A stretch of DNA of 64,000 nt from Nitrospirota bacterium (lineage in GTDB: Bacteria; Nitrospirota; UBA9217): contig CAWJQQ010000001.1 of assembly GCA_963845065.1 (NCBI GenBank), positions 1,056,001-1,120,000 of the forward strand, written 5' to 3'. Position 1 is the stretch's first letter, and the number at the start of each line of letters is the position of its first letter. The position numbers were made by a program, and so were the translations under genes. Of this stretch, positions 32,284 to 41,863 are shown piece by piece. The notes under the pieces were generated by a model that was given only the letters and a program-made list of their open reading frames with translations, had not been told where the DNA came from and ran no database searches.

Positions 32284-32617
32284 CATTTATCAATGCCTTG
32301 GTACAAATGCAAAAGGCAACATTGTGAAACGATCCGCTCCAGTACACACATCCTTCGTCGTGCATTCAGACAAACGATGGATGCGGTTTAGGATTAAGAT
32401 TCTAAGTTATCTTTAACTCTATGATGAGTTTTCTCGTGACCGAGTTTTCTGATAGGTTTGTTTGACCCCTGTTTCCAGTGGTTCTTTAAGGATCAATGCG
32501 ACGCAGGGTATGGGAGGTGAGGAATCGTTATGAAACACCGATGGATGGCGGGGAATGAGGACGGTTTAAGATTTATCCATCGGCGAATGGTGCTTCTCTG
32601 TCTTAGTATCTCCTCAA

Positions 32618-33532
32618 TTAGACTTTCTTGATATTTTCTTTTACTTCACGAAGTTTTATTGCCAGCTGCTCGATATGATATCGGTTCTCAACTTTATTCT
32701 GCCATTGGGTGGGTATGCATTCAATACCGAAGCCAGCACCAGCGATAGCACCGGTCATTGCACCAATCGTGTCTGCATCGCCGCCGAGACTGACGGCGTA
32801 CCCAACCGCTTTTTCGAAGTCGGGATTGGCAAGAAAAGAGTAGATGGCTGTTGGCACCGACTGCAAGGCCTCAGTGCCGTTACCTAACAATGTTACAACA
32901 TCATTTTTAGATGGATTTCCATCTAACATCTCGATAATGAGTTTCAGTTTTTCCTGAAAAGGGCCTGGCTGGGTGAACATCCTCAGCGCCTCGAGAAATT
33001 CCTTGTGCTTGATGACTTGAGAATCTGCAAGAACGGCGAGGGCAACAGCGCAGGCCTGTACAGCAGCCCCTTCCAGCGCAAACTCGTGACTGTGCGTAAT
33101 GCCTGACGTATGGTAGGCAATCTCACGGAGCGACTCGGGATCGTCATGGTACAGGAGCCCTACCGGGCTGACTCGCATGGCTGCTCCGTTCCCAGAAGAG
33201 CCGCCGGGATAAAGGTCGCGGTCAAGCATTCCGAACCCCATGCGTCCGCTCTGCATCATCCTGAAGATGCGAGGCGGGCCCGATCCGTACCTGCGCCAGG
33301 GCTCGCGTTCGTAATTCTGTATGAACCGTTCGGCCATGTGCCAATAGTTGAAACCTTTGTGCTCAATAAGTGATTCTGCAACACCTATCGTCATTGCCGT
33401 GTCATCGGTGTAACGCGGCCCGATCTCTTTTACTTCCTGGATTCCAAAGGTCCCTTCAAATCGCGCGCCAAGAGAATCGCCCACTGCGACTCCAACCATT
33501 GATCCGATGAACTTTGAAAGTTTCTGCTCCAT
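32618..33532 (-). CDS. ADP-ribosylglycohydrolase (DraG/ARH family)
   Basis: AVGDSLG, YTDDT, GNGAAMR, THSH, GGDADTIGAMTGA. Confidence 0.93.
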   Translation of the reverse strand: MEQKLSKFIGSMVGVAVGDSLGARFEGTFGIQEVKEIGPRYTDDTAMTIGVAESLIEHKGFNYWHMAERFIQNYEREPWRRYGSGPPRIFRMMQSGRMGFGMLDRDLYPGGSSGNGAAMRVSPVGLLYHDDPESLREIAYHTSGITHSHEFALEGAAVQACAVALAVLADSQVIKHKEFLEALRMFTQPGPFQEKLKLIIEMLDGNPSKNDVVTLLGNGTEALQSVPTAIYSFLANPDFEKAVGYAVSLGGDADTIGAMTGAIAGAGFGIECIPTQWQNKVENRYHIEQLAIKLREVKENIKKV

Positions 33533-33662
33533 AGCGTCACGTTCAGGATAACAGATTAATATTCAGGAATCAATCGTCAATTTCCATTGTTCCTTATGAT
33601 AATTCCTCGTTAGAGACAATGATTAATTTACACTAAATAGGATATACTCTTAGCGACATACC

Positions 33663-33929
33663 ATGAGGAGAAAAATTATGATTACATCGAATGAAGAGGT
33701 AATCAGAGTTGTTGTGGATATCCCGGAGAAGCACCGGCACCTGAGAACGACAATTGTGCTCCAGGATGGCTGGGAGTTCACATTCCAAGAGGCGACGATA
33801 ACGAATCTGGTAAGAGCTTACATTAATATTAAAACGCACCCCGCAAATTCTACGATCTGCTTAATTGGGCAGCGTCTACTTACTAGGAAGGATGATTTTG
33901 CAGAGTGGCAACTACTTGAGTCAAAATAG
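33663..33929 (+). CDS. Hypothetical protein
   Basis: 88-aa ORF with protein-like composition; GAGGAG before a second ATG. Confidence 0.65.
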   Translation: MRRKIMITSNEEVIRVVVDIPEKHRHLRTTIVLQDGWEFTFQEATITNLVRAYINIKTHPANSTICLIGQRLLTRKDDFAEWQLLESK

Positions 33930-34171
33930 CACTGGACGATAATAATTAAGTGTCGCCATTTCCATTGACTTGCAATTTTTGTTTTTTCCGCTATACTTAA
34001 TTTATAGTATGGGCCTATTTTGTAACATCTTGATCTATATACTTTTAATTGCATCATTACCTTCACCTCTATAAATTTATGATTGTAGTAGACATACACG
34101 AACCTTTGGCAAGAGAATCCTCTGCTATGCGTCAGAATATGCCCAATCTTTAGTTTAAGGAGGAGTCGCAA

Positions 34172-35377
34172 ATGCAAGCCCAAAAGTTTAAATTCACCAG
34201 AAGAGATTTTTTAAAGACTGCTGGCGTCATGACGGCAATGACGGCACTCGGTGAAATTCCTGCAGAACTTCTAGCTGCAGTGGACAGAAAAAATCTCGTA
34301 CGATTTCCTGAGAAGACAGACATGATTCTCTTGACAGACCGTCCGCCGCAACTTGAGACGCCAATGCGTTATTTCCGTGAACTGATTACGCCGAACGACG
34401 CAGTATTTGTACGATGGCATATTTCTCAAATTCCTACCTCGGTGGATCTCAGAGAGTGGCGGCTTAAAGTGGGTGGTAACACGGAAAAGGAACTCCAGCT
34501 GTCCATGGATGATCTTAAGACCAAGTTCGATAAGGTTACCTATACCGCGGTCATCCAATGTTCAGGCAATAGCAGGAGTTTCTTCGATCCTCCTGTGCCG
34601 GGTGGTCAATGGCAGAACGGAGCCATGGGGAACGTAACCTGGACAGGAGCCCGGCTTAAGGATATTCTTTACCAAGCTGGCATCAAGGAGGGTTCAGTAT
34701 GTGTTTCGTTCGATGGGCTTGACAGCCCTCCGCTGCCAACGGTACCCGATTTAGTTAAGAGTTTGCCGCTGGATAAAGCAACGGAAGAAGACATCATCGT
34801 CGCCTATGAAATGAATGGAACATATCTTCCCATGCTCAATGGTTTCCCCGTACGACTTATTGTCCCCGGGTGGTATGCTACTTACTGGGTCAAGTCATTG
34901 AGTACGATATCAGTTTTGGACAAACAATTTGAGGGATTTTGGATGAAGACTGCCTACCGAATACCTGATGACACCTGCGCCTGCGTGCCGCCCGGTACGG
35001 TTCCGAAGAAGACGATTCCTATTAATCGTTTAGATACCAGGTCATTTATCGTTGAACCTTTTGACGGAACGACTCTCAACGTCAATAAGCCCGTAGAGGT
35101 TATGGGTATAGCTTTCTCCGGCGGCTACGGTGTCAGAGACGTGATCGTTTCGATGGACAATGGTCACACGTGGAACGAAACAAAACTGGGGAAAGATCTC
35201 GGCAAATATGCCTGGAGGCAATGGACCTATTTATGGCATCCGAAAAAACCGGGGAAATACACACTTATGGTGAGGGCCACGGACAGTATCGGCGAATCGC
35301 AGCCCTTTGATGCTTTCTGGAACCCGGCTGGGTTTATGAGGAACAATATTGAAAAAATCGAAGTAAAGGTAAAGTAG
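34172..35377 (+). CDS. sorA: Sulfite oxidase-family molybdoenzyme (SorA-like), Tat-exported
   Basis: TRRDFLK Tat motif; FVRWH, QCSGNSR Mo-ligand Cys, NGFPVRLIVPGWYATYWVK, WNPAGF. Confidence 0.88.
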   Translation: MQAQKFKFTRRDFLKTAGVMTAMTALGEIPAELLAAVDRKNLVRFPEKTDMILLTDRPPQLETPMRYFRELITPNDAVFVRWHISQIPTSVDLREWRLKVGGNTEKELQLSMDDLKTKFDKVTYTAVIQCSGNSRSFFDPPVPGGQWQNGAMGNVTWTGARLKDILYQAGIKEGSVCVSFDGLDSPPLPTVPDLVKSLPLDKATEEDIIVAYEMNGTYLPMLNGFPVRLIVPGWYATYWVKSLSTISVLDKQFEGFWMKTAYRIPDDTCACVPPGTVPKKTIPINRLDTRSFIVEPFDGTTLNVNKPVEVMGIAFSGGYGVRDVIVSMDNGHTWNETKLGKDLGKYAWRQWTYLWHPKKPGKYTLMVRATDSIGESQPFDAFWNPAGFMRNNIEKIEVKVK

Positions 35378-35387
35378 GAGTTATACT

Positions 35388-35723
35388 ATGAAGAACCTCT
35401 TGATGATATTCACGATTGTGATAATCACGACAGTACCATTGCTGGTCAAGGGCCAGGAGAACCAGGATAAGGAAACCATTCATTCAATCGAACTTCCTGC
35501 GATCCAGGTTCACCTAAAGCCCGGGCCTGGTTTGGATAAGGTGTCCTCGCTTTGCAATGTTTGCCACACGCTGAAATATATCACCATGCAGCCCGCGTTC
35601 CCAAGGGCAACGTGGACCGCCGAAGTGAACAAGATGATCAAAGTGATGGGTGCGCCAATCAATGAAGAAAATGCGAATACGATCATCGATTATCTGAGTA
35701 CAGCATATGGGACCGGTAAATGA
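35388..35723 (+). CDS. Monoheme cytochrome c (SorB-like)
   Basis: Signal peptide; CNVCH..YITMQP..W..EVNKMIKVMGAPI. Confidence 0.85.
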   Translation: MKNLLMIFTIVIITTVPLLVKGQENQDKETIHSIELPAIQVHLKPGPGLDKVSSLCNVCHTLKYITMQPAFPRATWTAEVNKMIKVMGAPINEENANTIIDYLSTAYGTGK

Positions 35724-35770
35724 CGATGTCTCTGTATCATAATTTAAACAGGCTTAGAGAGGGGAAGAGG

Positions 35771-36103
35771 ATGATGAAAAAAATGTTTATGGTAATGTTT
35801 GTAGTGGTAGTTATATGCAGCATGTCATTTTTTGCTTTTGCTCAAAAGACGTCTTCAAGCACGGGTGAATCATTATTTGCGGCGAACTGTCAGGTTTGCC
35901 ATCCAGATGGAGGGAATATCATCAACCCGGCATATACTCTCCATCAGAAAGACCGCTATGCACACAATGTGAAAACCGCGGCTGATATCGTGAATAAAAT
36001 GAGAAACCCTGGGCCGGGGATGACGAAATTCGATGAGAAAGCCATTTCTGACAATGATGCCCATACAATAGCTGAATATGTTATAAAAACATTCAAGAAA
36101 TAG
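35771..36103 (+). CDS. Cytochrome c6-like monoheme cytochrome
   Basis: Signal peptide; LFAANCQVCHPDGGNII, GPGMTKF. Confidence 0.88.
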   Translation: MMKKMFMVMFVVVVICSMSFFAFAQKTSSSTGESLFAANCQVCHPDGGNIINPAYTLHQKDRYAHNVKTAADIVNKMRNPGPGMTKFDEKAISDNDAHTIAEYVIKTFKK

Positions 36104-36144
36104 ACTTTATCGTCCATATCACTGTTGATTTCAAAAATAGTTTT

Positions 36145-36181
36145 CTAATCCCGCTCGGGAGCGCCCCTTGAGCGGGATTAG
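36145..36181. terminator. Hairpin downstream of sor/cytochrome operon
   Basis: CTAATCCCGCTC/GAGCGGGATTAG 12-bp stem; no clear T tract. Confidence 0.5.
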
Positions 36182-36642
36182 TCGATTAACATTCTCTAGA
36201 TCATAATCCACTTATCCCCCCGACCGACAGATATCTTCATTAATTGAGCCAGTCCGCGCGCCATGTAGACGTCCGAAACACTTAGGAAAATAGCGCGGCA
36301 AACTCCACTTGTCTTAGCGGTGGGAGTACCTCATGCTCTATCCACATATAACGTCAAGAATTGCTGTGTTCTTTCAGTCGCCGATATTGGTGAATGCAAC
36401 TATCTGATATTTATTGTTCTGTGATTGGCTATCTCCACAGACCATTAAGTAGATATAATTTTGAATAATTTTTTTATTTAACATGTTAAGATTGACAAAT
36501 AATGAACTCTATGATAAGTTTTTGGTTGATTATGGTTTTTTGGAACTGCAATCAGCGTTTTTTTTTGCTACAAACGCAGCTTCTTTCTTAATAATCTCAA
36601 GCCACTCCCACATATAGGATTTCAAAGTAAATTCAAAGGAGG

Positions 36643-37758
36643 ATGCGTATGAGTAAAAAAGGGGAAGTGAGTAAGCAGTTTCTTGATGCTCTCGAGTTTC
36701 GAGGTATCAAACGAAGAGATTTTTTAAAGTATTGTGGTGCAACAGCGGCGCTTATCGGCCTTTCAGAGTTGTACGGGCCGAAAATTGCAGCGGCATTAGA
36801 AAAGGCTTCCAAGCGCACGCCGGTCGTCTGGCTCAACTTTGCGTCCGATTCCGGGTGTACCGAGTCCTTCATCAAAGCAACATACCCAAGTCCCGCCGAA
36901 GTCATCCTTGATATTTTAAGCGTCGATTACAACGAAACCATCATGGCTGCAGCGGGCAAGCAGGCGGAAGAGATCCTGGCCAACTCTGCAAAGACTGGCG
37001 GCTACGTTCTCATAGTCGAAGGCGGCGTTCCGACCAAGAAAGGCCACGGCATGATCGGGAACAAAGAGATGCTCGTCGTGCTGAAGGAGATGGCGGCTCC
37101 TGCCGTAGCCGTGATTGCGATCGGCAGTTGCGCGACGGACGGCGGTGTACCGGCAGCGAAGCCGAACCCCTCCCAGATTATCGGGACGGGAGAGGCGTTA
37201 ATGCGGGTAGGGATCACGAAACCGCTCATCAACATGGACCTTTGCCCGGTCAACCCGCAGTATTTAGTCGGCGTAGTGGTCAATTATCTTCTTCTCGGCA
37301 AGCTTCCGGATCTGGATTCCCAAGGCCGTCCCAAGATGTTTTACGGCCAGACGATCCACGACAACTGTGAGCGGCGGGCCCATTTCGACGGAGGCAGGTT
37401 TGTCACGAAGTTCGGGAGCCAGGAAGAAGCGATGGGGTACTGTTTGTACAAGATGGGGTGCAAAGGCCCGATGACCTATTCGGCATGCCCGAAGATCCAG
37501 TATAATAATCGGACGAGTTGGTGCATCAAGGCCGGCGGGCCGTGCATCGGCTGCGCCGAGCGAGGCTGGACGGACAAGTTTGCCGGGTTCTACGAGCCGC
37601 TTCCTGGCGTGAAGATCCCTGGCCTTGGCGGCGTTGAGGCCGGCGCGGACAAGATTGGCGCGGTCGCGGCAGTAGCCACGGCAGTCGGCATCGCAGTGCA
37701 TGCGGTAGCAACTGCCGGCTCGGGCAGGACCGAAGAAAAAAAGGGAGGTAAGAAATAA
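36643..37758 (+). CDS. Group 1 [NiFe]-hydrogenase small subunit
   Basis: KRRDFLK Tat motif; GSCA, CPVNP, HDNC, CLYKMGCKGP, CIGC; C-terminal TM anchor. Confidence 0.95.
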   Translation: MRMSKKGEVSKQFLDALEFRGIKRRDFLKYCGATAALIGLSELYGPKIAAALEKASKRTPVVWLNFASDSGCTESFIKATYPSPAEVILDILSVDYNETIMAAAGKQAEEILANSAKTGGYVLIVEGGVPTKKGHGMIGNKEMLVVLKEMAAPAVAVIAIGSCATDGGVPAAKPNPSQIIGTGEALMRVGITKPLINMDLCPVNPQYLVGVVVNYLLLGKLPDLDSQGRPKMFYGQTIHDNCERRAHFDGGRFVTKFGSQEEAMGYCLYKMGCKGPMTYSACPKIQYNNRTSWCIKAGGPCIGCAERGWTDKFAGFYEPLPGVKIPGLGGVEAGADKIGAVAAVATAVGIAVHAVATAGSGRTEEKKGGKK

Positions 37759-39350
37759 TGGCTAGAATAACCATAGACCCGATGACAAGAATCGAAGGAC
37801 ATCTGCGGATCGATGTCGAGATCGAAGGCGGTAAGGTCAAGGATGCGTGGACCACGGGAACGTTGTTTCGGGGATTCGAGCTCATCCTCCAGGGCAGGGA
37901 CCCGCGAGACGCCTGGCACATCACCCAGCGCATTTGCGGCGTATGCCCTACGTCCCACGGCCATGCCTCGTCCATGAGCATGGACGATGCATTCAAGGTC
38001 AGGCCGCCGGACAATGGCCGCATCATCCGGAATATCATTGAAGGCGCCCAGTTCGTCCACTCCCATATACTGTGGTTCTACCATTTAAACGCGCTGGACT
38101 ACGTAGACGTGGTTTCGGCCTTAAAAGCCGAGCCCAAGGAACCGTCATTGAAAAGGGTTCAGGCCAAGTTGAAGTCCTTTGTCGAATCAGGGCAGCTTGG
38201 CCCCTTTGCGAATGGCTACTGGGGCCATCCGGCCTACAAACTGCCTCCTGACGTAAACCTTCTGGCCGTGGCGCACTACCTCGAAGCTCTCGAGATGCAG
38301 GCAAAAGCGGCCTCGGTGAGCGCGCTTTTCGGCGGCCGGATGCCGATGACCATGACGAGCCCTCCCGGCGGGGTGACCCACGTGCCGAGCGTAGACGACC
38401 TGAAGAACTACCTTTTCCGGGTAAAGGAGCTTCAGGACTGGATCGACAACATATTCATCACCGACCTGCTTGCCATAGCCCCGTTCTACCTGGGCGCAGC
38501 GGGTGTGGGCAAAGGATACGCGAACTTCCTTTCCTGGGGCGTATTCGAAGACGCCTCCTTCGATCCCAAGAAGAGGCTGCTACCCCGGGGCGCCATATTT
38601 GCTTCTGACTTTCCGAAGGTTCATGATGCCAAGCCCGAGGACGTTACGGAAGACACCACGCACGGCTGGTATAAGGACGGGAAGCCGCTCAATCCGGCAG
38701 AAGGCGAGACCGAGCCCGAGTACACGGGGTATGATTCTAACAAGAAATACACCTGGGCCAAGGCCCCGCGTCTCCAGGGCAAGCCCATGGAAGTGGGGGC
38801 CCTTGCCAGGATGGTTGTGGCATACGCCTCAGGGCAGCCCACGGTCAAGAAGCTGATTGACGACACGCTTGCCAAGATAGGCCATCCGGGCCATCCGGAG
38901 GTGCTTTTCGGCATCATCGGCAGGATAGCTGGCCGGGCCCTTGAGTGCAAGATGGTCGCGGACTCGATGCACCAGTGGGGTTTGGAAGTCATCGAGAACA
39001 TCAAGAAGGGGAACGCGGCGGTCTATAACGAATACACGATCCCGGACAAGGCCCAGGGAATCGGGTTGTGGGAAGCCCCCCGCGGCGCACTTGGCCACTG
39101 GATCGATGTTTCGGGGAAAAGGATCAAGAACTACCAGTGCGTGGTGCCCACGACGTGGAACGTCTGCCCGCGTGACAACAAGAATGTGCGCGGTCCGATC
39201 GAAGAGGCGCTTGTTGGGACGGCAGTGGAGAATGCGGAAAAGCCGCTTGAAATTCTGCGTGTGGTCCACTCCTTCGACCCGTGCCTTGCGTGCACGGTGC
39301 ATGTGATCCATCCTGAGTCGAATCGAATCATGGACTTCAAGGTCGCATAG
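37758..39350 (+). CDS. Group 1 [NiFe]-hydrogenase large subunit
   Basis: TRIEGH, L1 QRICGVCPTSH, L2 FDPCLACTVH plus cleavable tail. Confidence 0.97.
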   Translation: MARITIDPMTRIEGHLRIDVEIEGGKVKDAWTTGTLFRGFELILQGRDPRDAWHITQRICGVCPTSHGHASSMSMDDAFKVRPPDNGRIIRNIIEGAQFVHSHILWFYHLNALDYVDVVSALKAEPKEPSLKRVQAKLKSFVESGQLGPFANGYWGHPAYKLPPDVNLLAVAHYLEALEMQAKAASVSALFGGRMPMTMTSPPGGVTHVPSVDDLKNYLFRVKELQDWIDNIFITDLLAIAPFYLGAAGVGKGYANFLSWGVFEDASFDPKKRLLPRGAIFASDFPKVHDAKPEDVTEDTTHGWYKDGKPLNPAEGETEPEYTGYDSNKKYTWAKAPRLQGKPMEVGALARMVVAYASGQPTVKKLIDDTLAKIGHPGHPEVLFGIIGRIAGRALECKMVADSMHQWGLEVIENIKKGNAAVYNEYTIPDKAQGIGLWEAPRGALGHWIDVSGKRIKNYQCVVPTTWNVCPRDNKNVRGPIEEALVGTAVENAEKPLEILRVVHSFDPCLACTVHVIHPESNRIMDFKVA

Positions 39351-39362
39351 GGGGAGGATGCC

Positions 39363-40004
39363 ATGAAAGAAGAACTGGTAAAGGAGTGGAGTGTCGGCTA
39401 TATCCTGGACCACTGGATACGGGTTGTCGCGATCGCAGTGCTCATCTTCACCGGTCTATATATTCACTGGCCGTTCATCGCAGGCGGTCCGGACAGTACC
39501 ATCATGGCCACGATACGGTTTCTCCATTTTGTTTCGGCCTATGCGCTCATTCTGGGCCTGGTGATCAGGGTCTATATGGCCTTCAAGTCCACCTTCGACG
39601 CAGATTGGAAAGACTTCTCGGTCAGCGAGAACCTGAAAAATATCCCGGACATCCTGGGATACTATCTTTTTTTCAAGGGTTCTCACAAGGACTACCGTAA
39701 ATACAACCCGCTCCAGGCATTAGCTTATCTTTTCACCGGGCTGGTGATCATCTTCACGGCGTTAACCGGCGCAGCCTTGTATCATGGCAACTTGTTCGGG
39801 TTTATTGCGTGCCCGGGCAGTTTCCGGTGGGTGAGCAGCTGTTTGGGAGGCGAGTCGTACACGAGGATATGGCATATTCTCGCCATGTGGTACTTCATTG
39901 TCTTCGTCTTGATCCACGTGTATTTGAACATTTCATTCAGCATGATCGAGAAAGACAGGTCCTTGAGCGCGATTTTTACGGGATACAAGCTCAAAAAACA
40001 GTAA
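39363..40004 (+). CDS. Hydrogenase b-type cytochrome subunit
   Basis: HW..TGLYI, RFLHF, YNPLQ, WH..HVY. Confidence 0.93.
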   Translation: MKEELVKEWSVGYILDHWIRVVAIAVLIFTGLYIHWPFIAGGPDSTIMATIRFLHFVSAYALILGLVIRVYMAFKSTFDADWKDFSVSENLKNIPDILGYYLFFKGSHKDYRKYNPLQALAYLFTGLVIIFTALTGAALYHGNLFGFIACPGSFRWVSSCLGGESYTRIWHILAMWYFIVFVLIHVYLNISFSMIEKDRSLSAIFTGYKLKKQ

Positions 40005-40005
40005 G

Positions 40006-40512
40006 ATGCTATCAGATGAACAGCTCCGGGGAGGCGCTACGGCGCCTCCCCGAAAAGTTTTAATTCTCGGCGTCGGCAATATTCTGCTCAGTGATGACGG
40101 TTTCGGCGTACACCTGATCAACTCCCTCGCGGATACCCCCTTTCCCCCGAACGTCCAGGTCCTTGAAGCCGGCACGGTAAGCCACCAGCTCATCCCGCTG
40201 TTCCGGGAGCTTGACCACCTCATCATCATCGACGTGGTGGAGGCCGGCGACACGCCCGGGTCCCTGTTCCGTTTTTCCCCGGAAGACCTGCAGTTCACGA
40301 AAGAGCAGATGGTGTCGTTGCACCAGATCAGCCTGATCGATGTCCTCACCATGGCCGAACTGACGGGGGGGAAGCCAAAGACCGTCATTATCGGCGTCCA
40401 GCCCAAAGACGTCTCGACGTGGTCCCTGGAGCTGACCGAGCCGGTGAAGGCTGTGCTCCCGAAGGTCAAAGAGCTGATATTCGAAGAGCTGAAAAAGATT
40501 GAGGCACTCTGA
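40006..40512 (+). CDS. Hydrogenase maturation protease
   Basis: GVGNILLSDDGFG, SLHQ, GVQP. Confidence 0.93.
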   Translation: MLSDEQLRGGATAPPRKVLILGVGNILLSDDGFGVHLINSLADTPFPPNVQVLEAGTVSHQLIPLFRELDHLIIIDVVEAGDTPGSLFRFSPEDLQFTKEQMVSLHQISLIDVLTMAELTGGKPKTVIIGVQPKDVSTWSLELTEPVKAVLPKVKELIFEELKKIEAL

Positions 40513-40611
40513 AGACCGCATACAAGGCTTGACATGACCGGTATTCTGTGGGATAGTTTCACAGTTCCCACGAACATTTTCGCTATTCACGTTATAAGAC
40601 AGGACCGACCA

Positions 40612-41154
40612 ATGTGCCTCGCCATACCCTCCCGGGTCATCAGTATCGACGGTCTTACAGCCACGATCGACGTTTTCGGCGCCCGCAGACAGGTAAGCCT
40701 CATGCTGTTGTCCGAAGAGCCGCGGGTCGGGGACTATGTGCTGGTCCACGCCGGCTTCGCGATCCAGAAGCTCGAGAAGGAACGTCTCGAATCAGGAGAA
40801 ATCATGCACGAAGCATCCATTGCTCTCAGCATTATCGATATCGTCCAGGCAAAATGCATGGAAGAAGGGTTGAGCTCCGTGGATTCCATCCGGCTGCGGA
40901 TCGGCAGGGCCGCCGGCATCCTGCCCGAAGCCCTGGCCTTCGCCTTTGACGCGTCCAAGGACACCACCGTGGCAAAAAACGCAAAACTCGTTATCGAGAC
41001 CGTGCCTGTGGGCGGGACGTGCCGCGATTGCCGGAAAGAGTTCGACGCGCCGGAAAACGCCCAGTATGTGCTGTCCTGCCCCCATTGCGGTTCAACCTCC
41101 TATGAGATCACGCGCGGCCGTGAGATGGAGATCCTCGATATGGAGACGAATTGA
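40612..41154 (+). CDS. HypC-HypA fusion protein
   Basis: MCLAIP..GDYVLVHAGFAI (HypC) in frame with MHEASIA..CRDC..CPHC..GREM (HypA). Confidence 0.9.
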   Translation: MCLAIPSRVISIDGLTATIDVFGARRQVSLMLLSEEPRVGDYVLVHAGFAIQKLEKERLESGEIMHEASIALSIIDIVQAKCMEEGLSSVDSIRLRIGRAAGILPEALAFAFDASKDTTVAKNAKLVIETVPVGGTCRDCRKEFDAPENAQYVLSCPHCGSTSYEITRGREMEILDMETN

Positions 41155-41221
41155 TGAAGCATGAATTTATTCTGGCGGCCGCAGAGCATCAGGAAGGGCT
41201 TTGTGAAGAAAGGGCGGCGGC

Positions 41222-41863
41222 ATGAAGGTCAAGGTGGTCACGCGCATACTCGAAGCGAACGACCGTATCGCCGGGGAAAACCGGCAACGATTTGACGATG
41301 CCGGCCTTTACGTCATCAACCTCATGGGCGCGCCGGGAGCAGGCAAAACGTCGCTCCTGGAGCGGACGATCAAGGCCCTCAAGCCGCACAGGAAGATCGG
41401 CGTGATCGAAGGGGACATCGTGGGATCGGACGATGCAGAGAGGATCGGCGCCCTCGACGTCCCGGTGGTCCAGATCAATACCGGCGGCGCGTGCCACCTG
41501 GACGCGAACATGATCAATGAAGTGCTGGACGAGATGCCGCTTACGGACCTCGACCTCCTGATCATCGAGAACGTGGGAAACCTCGTCTGCCCGGCCGAGT
41601 TCAAGGTCGGGGAAGACATGAAGATGATGGTCCTGTCCGTTGCCGAGGGGCACGACAAACCGCTCAAGTACCCGCTCATGTTCAGGGAATCCGGCGCCCT
41701 GGTCCTGAACAAGGTCGACCTCCTGCCGTACATGAACACGGACATCAACAAGATGCGGAACGATTCCCTGGCACTCAATCCGAACCTGAAGATCTTCGAA
41801 GTCTCCTGCGCTACCGGCGCCGGGATCGACCAGTGGGCTCAATGGCTGAACGGGCTCAAATAG
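41222..41863 (+). CDS. hypB: Hydrogenase nickel incorporation GTPase
   Basis: GAGKT, CHLDA, ENVGNLVCPA, KYP, NKVD. Confidence 0.97.
   Translation: MKVKVVTRILEANDRIAGENRQRFDDAGLYVINLMGAPGAGKTSLLERTIKALKPHRKIGVIEGDIVGSDDAERIGALDVPVVQINTGGACHLDANMINEVLDEMPLTDLDLLIIENVGNLVCPAEFKVGEDMKMMVLSVAEGHDKPLKYPLMFRESGALVLNKVDLLPYMNTDINKMRNDSLALNPNLKIFEVSCATGAGIDQWAQWLNGLK

Noticed and set aside
32284..32617. Short repeats (GAGTTTTCT twice) and hairpin CCGATGGAT/ATCCATCGG
   Set aside because: Too short to define an element; may be a terminator region between convergent genes
39270..39310. Selenocysteine ([NiFeSe]) hydrogenase
   Set aside because: L2 motif uses TGC Cys codons with no in-frame TGA
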